The position numbers and the translations under genes are program-made. Shown in pieces: positions 56,179-64,000 of a stretch of DNA of 64,000 nucleotides; positions within the stretch are counted from its first letter, which is position 1; the number at the start of each line of letters is the position of its first letter. Location: NCBI RefSeq assembly GCF_009914755.1, contig NC_060925.1, one strand, 5' to 3'. The DNA comes from the human T2T-CHM13v2.0 reference genome, Homo sapiens. The notes under the pieces were generated by a model. It saw only the letters and a program-made list of their open reading frames with translations. It did not search any database and was not told where the DNA came from.

Positions 56179-56845
56179 ATACCAGGTTAAGAGGGACTTT
56201 TTCTCCATGAAATTATTCTACCAGGTATATTTTACAATACTGTGTGTAATCACACAGACCTGCTATATAAATAAGCTCAGTCTTACACCTGCTGCCTCTC
56301 ACTTTGGGAATATCATTTGTGATTGGACTGCAGTATTCCACCCCCCAGGCTGTTGGGAAGAAATTCCTGATGTCTGACAGATCTACTGTCAGATTTGGGA
56401 GGGAAAACATCGATCAGTATATGACACTGCTCCTGCTCATCCAGCATCTAGTGTATGCCACCTAATATTGGTAGCTAAGCCATTCTCCACACAATTGTTT
56501 CTAAAGAGAGCCTGCTCATTACACACATACATACTCAGACATCCCAACATACATGTTTTGTAAAATTGCTTCTTATTTTTCTATTAGCCTTAAAATAAAG
56601 ACAAACATTTATTTCATGGGCCACAAGTCTCCTGTCATGTTTCCACCATCATTCCTCTCTGTCTCCCACTCCATATTTGCAGAGCTAAAAAATTTACTGT
56701 CCATTTGTGGACATCTATGCAAGGGAGCAGTCAATAAACATTAGGAGTAGTTATCTCTGCTTTTTAAATTTCACTGTTTTTTCATTTCCTCCTTCCTCAT
56801 TCACCCTTGGCTCAGTTGAAGTTCTCGGTAAAGACTCATAAATAG

Positions 56846-56966
56846 GTGATAGAGTTGTTAATTGGCTTAATTTAATCATTGCACAGTGTAAACATATATC
56901 AACACATCACAACATACCCCATAAGTACAGAACATATACAGTGATTATTTGTCAATTAAAAATAAG
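56846..56966 (+). mobile_element. L1MA-type extreme 3' end
   Basis: ttaattggcttaatttaatcatt...atatatcaacacatcac...taccccataa...atttgtcaattaaaaata. Confidence 0.65.
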
Positions 56967-58098
56967 GTAAATCACAAATTTCTAAAAAGAGGCTAAACAA
57001 CTAAGTGAATAAGGAGCTTTATGAGGGTGAAGCTTTGAAGAATAAAAAAAGGAGGCTCCCCAGACTGATTAGAAGCACAGTAGAGAGAGTACAGCCACCT
57101 AGAGAAACAGATCAGAGAGAGCCTGAAGGGAACTGTGGAAATGCAAAACCATAGCCCAGAGAGAGACCTGTCAGGTGACAGCCAGAACCTAATGACTCCC
57201 TGGAATCACCAGAGTGCTCGAGAGGGACTGCATTTCATGAAGTCACCCAGGATGTGCTTGAGTTTTTTAATTAATCTGAAAAAAAAAAAAACAACGGAAC
57301 TTTCTATGGCTAGAATTGGGGATATTTGGAAACATCCAGAGTCAGTTATTGAATATCAGTACCACTTGATTATCAGTTCCATTGAGGCAGGGTTCAAATC
57401 TACCTTGTTTCTGCTCTATGCCCACATATCACAGTGCCTCTCCCATAGTATGAACTCATTAAATATTTAGCGAATGAATGGATAATATTTTCAACAAGAC
57501 TCAAGCTCTTTGAAATCACAGACTGTATCATAAATGTTCTGTAACTCTAAAGAACCCAGCACAATGCCTGACACTGAGTGACACTAGTTATGATTTGCTG
57601 TCTGATTTAGAAGCTCTTTATATGTCAAAGGGAGATATTTTTTTCTTTAAGCCTGGTGATAACCACGCACACCTGGTCAAATTCACATCCTGCCTTATCT
57701 TTTATGTGCTCCCAGCTCTATAAAGGTAAAATAAGCAAAAGGAAGAACAATTATGTATCAAAAATACAGTAATCTAGAGACTAATCCTTCCCTGAACTAT
57801 CTTTGTCACTTCCTGATTCATTGAATTTGGTCAGTTTGTTCCACACGTAGAGCCTCCTGGCTCTCAGAACCATGAGGAAACAGCCATATCCCTGGAAGTA
57901 GACTTTAACCAGAGGCTGCTTCCTGAAAGGTCCTAGTCCCCAGGGATTTATTGCCATGGAAAGCCTGAACTGGCCGGAAGACGAACGGTACACACAACCT
58001 TTGGGTTGAGTATAGAAAATGTTCTGTATGGTTTAGCTGTTGTGACTATCTGCTATGTTGCTAATCGACACAAATAGTAACATTATTAAAGTTCATTA

Positions 58099-58419
<321 letters not shown>

Positions 58420-58467
58420 CTAACTATTCAAAATTGCTCTACTAATAAAACAATAAGGGTAACTCTG

Positions 58468-58745
58468 CAAGGCCAAGGTGGGAGGATCACTTGAGGCCAG
58501 GAATTTGAGACCAGCCTGGGCAACACAGCAAGATCTGTCCCTACCAAAAAAGAAAGTTTTAAATTAGTCAGGTGTGCTGGTGTGAGCCTATAGTCCCAGC
58601 TACTCAGGAGGCTGAGGTGGGAGGATGAGAGGATCCCTTGTGCCCAGGAGTTAGAAGATGCAGTGAACTATGATTGTACCACTGCACTCCAGCCTGAACA
58701 ACACAGTGAGACCCTGTCTCTAGAAATAAAATTAAAAAAAAATTT
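58468..58745 (+). mobile_element. 5'-truncated AluJ
   Basis: Starts at ggccaaggtgggaggatcacttgagg; A-rich tail. Confidence 0.88.
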
Positions 58746-59390
58746 TAAGTCAATAAGCAAAGCCCAAGAACTCACATCTTAGTTGATAATTTAAAGGAAA
58801 AAAATAAGAAAAAGATGTATTTTCCAAAAACAGTTAAGAATAAAGTTACACAATTTAGAAAAATTAAAGAGATATTTTAGTGAAACAACAAAAATGTACT
58901 CTAAATCTTCAAAAACTTCCAAATACATTTTCTTGAATTGGTGATAATATTGTCTTCCATCCCCTCCCCACTCTCATGGAAACCCTTCCATCACGACAGC
59001 CCTAGGGAAATGGGAGAGCTAATGCCAACTTCAGCAGCAGGAGGAAACCTTTGCAAGGAAGGGCCTTTGCCGAGAAAATCCTTCTAGTGCTAGAAGAGGA
59101 GACAGCATAGAAAGAGGAGTAGGAGATAACATCCTTACTTCTCCATTACGATGGCCTCAGAGTCAAAATCCAGAAGCGGGAGAAAGAACAGAAACACACA
59201 GAGAATGAAGAAATGGTCACAAGCTCTTTAGTACACAGGCTCATGAGGTGTCACCGCATGCGTGTGTGGACATGAAGGAGAAAGCCAATTATGATTCCCT
59301 GACTCTCCTCCAGCCTCCCTGAAGTCTCCCTGGGGCTTATGGAAGGCAGTGGAAAGCTGAACACCATAGAGACTGCCATGGAGTTGCTAT

Positions 59391-59856
59391 TGTTGGAGGC
59401 CGAAAGAGTAAGAGTCATGATCAACTCAGTGTACCACTGGAGGCTATATGAGTAAACAGCAAACTGTTTCTCATAAATGCAGAATGTTGGCGAACTGACA
59501 AACTGTGTATGCCACCCAGAAGGACTACAGGAGGGCAGTCACAATCCAGGCACAAGTGTTTCTTGTGATTAGGCAAATCTGAAGCCTGTTAGTAATAATG
59601 TGAACCTGTGATCAATTAAGCAGCTGACCAGTCGTTACCTCCTCCTCCCTGCTCTTTCTACCCAATAAATACAAAGGGCTGCCTTTGCTCGCTAGAAGCA
59701 GGGAGCTCTCTTCTTCCCCTGGACCCTTCCTTAAAATAGTTACTTTTGTCTTAAGTTTTCATTTCTATGTTCGTCACTTTGTTCAGTCTTTTAATGACGG
59801 TCTCAGGCAGTAACAGTAGTGACGGTCTCAAGTAGTAGCAGTGGCAGTCTGTCACA
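59391..59856 (+). mobile_element. ERV1 solo LTR (LTR15-like)
   Basis: TG...CA ends, internal AATAAA, perfect 5-bp TSD GCTAT (59386-59390 and 59857-59861). Family name from recall. Confidence 0.8.
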
Positions 59857-59881
59857 GCTATGATTAGGGCTAAGATGACAT

Positions 59882-60402
59882 TGTCAGAGGCATTTGAACC
59901 AGAGCAACTCTGAAATCTACTGGGCTGCATTCCCAGATGGTTAGGCATTCTAAGTCACAGGATGAGATAGGAGATCAGTGCAGGACACAGGTCATAAAGA
60001 TCTTGCTGTTAAAACAGCTTACAGTAAAGAAGCTGGCCAAAACCCACCAAAACCAAGATGGCGACAAGAGTGATCTCAGGTCATCCTCACTGCTACACTC
60101 CCACCAGCACCATGACAGTTTACAAATGCCACGGCAACAACAGGAAGTTACCCTATATGGTCTAAAAAGGGGAGGCATGAATACTCAGCCCTTTGTTTAG
60201 CATATCATCAAGAGATAACCATAAAAATGGGCCACAATCGACTCTCGGGGCTGCTTTTTCTATGGATTAGCCATTTTTTATTCCTTTACTTTCTTAATAA
60301 ACTTGCTTTCACTTTACTCTGTAGACTCACCCTGAAGTCTTTCTTGCCTGAGATCCAAGAACTGTCTTTTGGGATCTGGATTGGGACCCCTTTCCTGTAA
60401 CG
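59882..60402 (+). mobile_element. MER41 solo LTR (MER41A-like)
   Basis: tgtcagaggcatttgaaccagagcaactc...aataaacttgctttcacttta...gggacccctttcctgtaac; lacks the tandem GAS segment. Confidence 0.9.
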
Positions 60403-62309
60403 CCATGGCAGAGACAGCAGTTCCTATGAGGGGACGAGCCTAAGGCAATGGACTGGAGGAAGGAAGTGGCTGTGCCTCAAGGGTCTTCTGTGTCACTGAG
60501 ATGACAGTGGGGTCAAGGAAGCAGGACCACAAGGCTAGAACATGTTGAGGAAACTGTTCCCAGATTTCACCAGCACTGAAATCAATGGTGGATGCCAGTG
60601 GCTGTCTAGCAACCAGGCAAGACAACAATTGATTCTGGGGATTTCAGGGAGGACCCAAAGGGCAGGATCAGGACCTGCTTTTGACAAGCTGCCTCCCTTC
60701 AATTACCTGCATTATCACAAGGGTATGTGAGCTTTCTCCTTCACACAGATGCCATCTTGGCTAAGGAAAGGGCGTGCTGGGAGAAACCATGAAAGACAAC
60801 ATTTGCCTCAAAGAGACTGAATTAACCCAAAATGAGAAAATAATGGATTGATAAAATATCTTCAACCGCAAGATCAAGAACCCATCTCCTACTCTTCTAC
60901 CTCCTAGCTCCTGCTCCAGCCAGCAGAGACCAAACATCTGTAAGAGTTTTGTTCTTTCTAGAAAAATTTTAAGCAGATATCTTTAAGCACCTAAAATTGT
61001 ATTAATTTTACAATTAGTATTTACTATAATTGTATTACAGCCTAGTTGTACACTGTATAATTTTCACCCTGGCCATTAGCAAAAACAGAGACTCTAAGAG
61101 CCAAACAGATATCAATGGCCCTAAACAAATATGGTTATGGTTCTCCCCTTTATAAATCTGTGAATGTGAGCCTTTTCTTTTCCAGTTTGATGTATTATAA
61201 AGGTGACCAGGAAGGAAATGGAAACAATGTCAAATAAGAACAGCCATTCTAATTCCAAACAAGTTAAGAATATATGTCTAAAGACAAATTAAGTCTGACA
61301 AAACGTATAAGTTATGTTTTGTTGTATAATCAGTAATAGGAGTCAATCAAGGGTCTCATTGCAATTTTATCTACAGTTTTTTACAAGGTAAATTACAAGA
61401 AATATAGCTCAGATAAAAAGAAAATATTAAATGCACTCTTCTAGTATATTACCACATCAGTAATTGAGAAGGATTAAATAAAAGACTATAATAAATATGG
61501 TAATTGCACTAAGTAGTTCCATGATAAATCGATTCTTATTCTCCAAGTAAGAGCTGATTTGATTGATCTCTATGCACTTCAGTGTTCTGGAGGATTTCCT
61601 AGTCCCTGAAGCTGCAGGTGTGGTCACTGTCAGGGGCAAAACACTTAACACAGCTGAGAAGTGATTTGTTCCCTGTGGTCCCAGCTATGCATAGGCATAA
61701 CCACAACCACCCAATATAATCAAATTAAATCCCAGCTAGTGTGACACTGCCATAAGAATAATGATTGGATACTAGCAGAAGCTGTCAAGGGTCTTTTATA
61801 CATCCGATAAATAAATCCAACTGACTAGTGAAGGTCAATTCAATTTAGCACTCATTGATTACATATCTTTCATGTGTAAGACACTGTGCTAGGCATTAAA
61901 AGAAAACTTTGACTCCTCACCAATAAAAATGTTTTATTGTTAAACAGCTCTCATTACGTAGTGTAAATTGTATGTAGTTTGTGGTTATGAAGCGTCTAAA
62001 TTCACAATGCATTCTCATTTCTCTCAGTGACAGGAGTATCAAAATAAAAATGACTAAAGCCCCATTAGTCACAATATGACCATTTGGAATCTGGATCTTA
62101 CATAAAAGTGTTTAAAAACTCAGTTGTTTAATTTTAAATATGAAGTAATACAGCAAATTACTTATCATTCAGCTTCTCTTATTCTTAATAACATAGTAAC
62201 TATGATCTTCAGGCAAAACCTTGATAAATTCTTTCCCATAAAATAACCCATAGGAAGTTTTAAAAGTCATGCAATATGGGTACATAAAATAAGGAACCAT
62301 TCTCAGACT

Positions 62310-62780
62310 ATGGCAGAGCCTTCCAATTGCTTCCTAGCATCCACTCTCCTCTCTTTCTACCAGAGCCCTGATTATGAGGTGGATACCGACTAAAACACTG
62401 CATTTCCAGACTCTCTCCCAGTTAGCTGTGGCAACGTGACCAAATTCCAGCCGATTATTTGTGAGCAGAAGTGATGAGACTTCTAAAATTCTCCTTAAAG
62501 GAAAGAGGCACACCCTTCTTTATTCCTTCCTCCTTCCTACTGACCAGAAGGCAAAATAATGGCTGGAGCTCGAGCAGCTATATTGGATTATGAGGATGTA
62601 AACTAAGAATGACAGCTAGAAATAGCTCCAATCTCTGATAACCAGGAAGTAGCCAGATCAGCTCTGGACTATCTACATCCAGAATTTACATAAATAGGAA
62701 AGAGATACCCATCTGTGTTCTTTTAATCATTGTTTTATTTATTTTTTGTTTTTTTCTGAAGCTGACCAAAACCTAACATA
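62310..62780 (+). mobile_element. MLT1J-like solo LTR
   Basis: tggcagag...catccactctcc...gcatttcc...gtgacc...gagcagaagtg...atggctggagct. Confidence 0.65.
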
Positions 62781-63879
62781 GTGATAAAGTCATCCCATCA
62801 GCCAGAATAAATTCTGAGCAGTTATCAAGAGAAAACTTAAAGTAATGTGAAGAGAAGCCACACTTATAAAGGAAACCAAGAGCTTTCATTATAGCTAGCC
62901 TAAAATGAAGTTAATTACCTAAATTGTTCAGTCACCAAGGCTTTGGGAGTTAACATGAGGAGGCTGGTTTTATTGTGTATCATGCCCAGAAGTTCCATGA
63001 TAATTTCAAATTGTTTGCATGTAATTCCCCCCCCAAAACTTGTACAATATTTTGACATTCTTAAAGAGGAGAGGTGACACAGTATCATACTACTGTGTAA
63101 TAAAAATCTGCTCTGCCCTCCTACCGGGTTTACAATACAGATAGTGGCACAGGAAAGCGCTCAGAACAGAAATCAGAATGCTTGAAGCTTACTTAACTCA
63201 CTACAGACCTGGAAAGTTGCTTAAATTTTATAAAGCTTGGTTATAAGGATAATGATAACAGCAGCTCCATTTTCTACGCAGGGAAGTTGGGATAATCAAA
63301 TAAAATAAATGTATGTCAAAGTGTTATTGTTGTTACTAAAATCATTTTGGTGCTCACTTATGTTTCACTGGGAGAAGCACTCTGTTTTCAGTTTTCTGGA
63401 ATAATTACCTTTTAAAAGGGACTCTTTTTTGCCTGCATTAACTTATTTTCTCTACCTTCTCACTTTCATGGTTCTGCAGGATAATTTTATTTTTATGATG
63501 TCTGAGTTTTCATGAGCTACATGTATGCAAATATTTTTAGCTAAAACAATATTATTGAGAATGTGTATTTGGCTAACTCATAACTGCTTATTTTGAAACT
63601 AGCTGAGAAGCACTTGGACTGAGACTGAAAATAAAAATAAATTTATTAACAAATTATAGAAGGCTGTGCAGTTAGAATATGTCACTTGCTGATTGAAATC
63701 CAAGTGCTATATGCAGTAAAATTTCTTCAACCCAGAATCAAGCATCCAGACATTTCACATAGCAGCATTTACTTTGATAGCATTGGCCAGTTATCAATGG
63801 TAGTAAAAATGCCCCTGGACTTACAAAATATTGAAGTGCCTTCTGAATTATCAAAAACATATTACCAGTCAATGGAACC

Positions 63880-63996
63880 TACACACACACACGCACACAC
63901 ACACATGCATATATATTTTCACATATATACATGTATTTGTAAAAATATATATGTGAAAATATATACATACATGTATGGATGTGTGTATATACACAT
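63880..63996. repeat. (CA)n/(TA)n microsatellite
   Basis: Direct read. Confidence 0.85.
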
Positions 63997-64000
63997 CAAG

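Overview
Primate (very likely human) AT-rich genomic DNA that is mostly intron and dense in repeats. It is the alternatively spliced 3' part of PTGER3 (prostaglandin E2 receptor EP3) on the minus strand. Four small coding exons, none called correctly by the ORF track, were read by hand between canonical splice sites: 48324-48415 (IRYHTNNYASSSTSLPCQCSSTLMWSDHLE-R, the EP3-I tail), a terminal exon starting at 45762 (R-stop plus ~950 nt of 3'UTR), a 27-nt micro-exon at 27793-27819 (MRKRRLREQ) and a terminal exon starting at 27089 (LICSLQ...TVKTE*). The 7-TM coding exons and the EEFWGN exon are not in the window. The gene call rests on my recall of EP3 tail peptides. The rest is three full-length THE1 (MaLR) elements, solo THE1/MLT1/LTR15/MER41 LTRs, L1 pieces, Alus, MIR/L2, DNA-transposon fossils and microsatellites. 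Apart from the L1 ORF2 relic, the listed ORFs look like chance or repeat-derived frames. I see no evidence of a new standalone system such as CRISPR or a novel enzyme. Most interesting: (i) three different RNA outcomes all end the EP3-I protein with the same Arg-stop; (ii) the 3'UTR exon appears to be a frameshifted relic of the rodent EP3-beta tail and still has an open 31-aa frame; (iii) two consecutive coding exons are built from a MIR and a MER2; (iv) an internal L1 RT fragment with no poly(A) or normal TSD and a templated junction looks like capture during DNA-break repair. Repeat subfamily calls are by eye and approximate.
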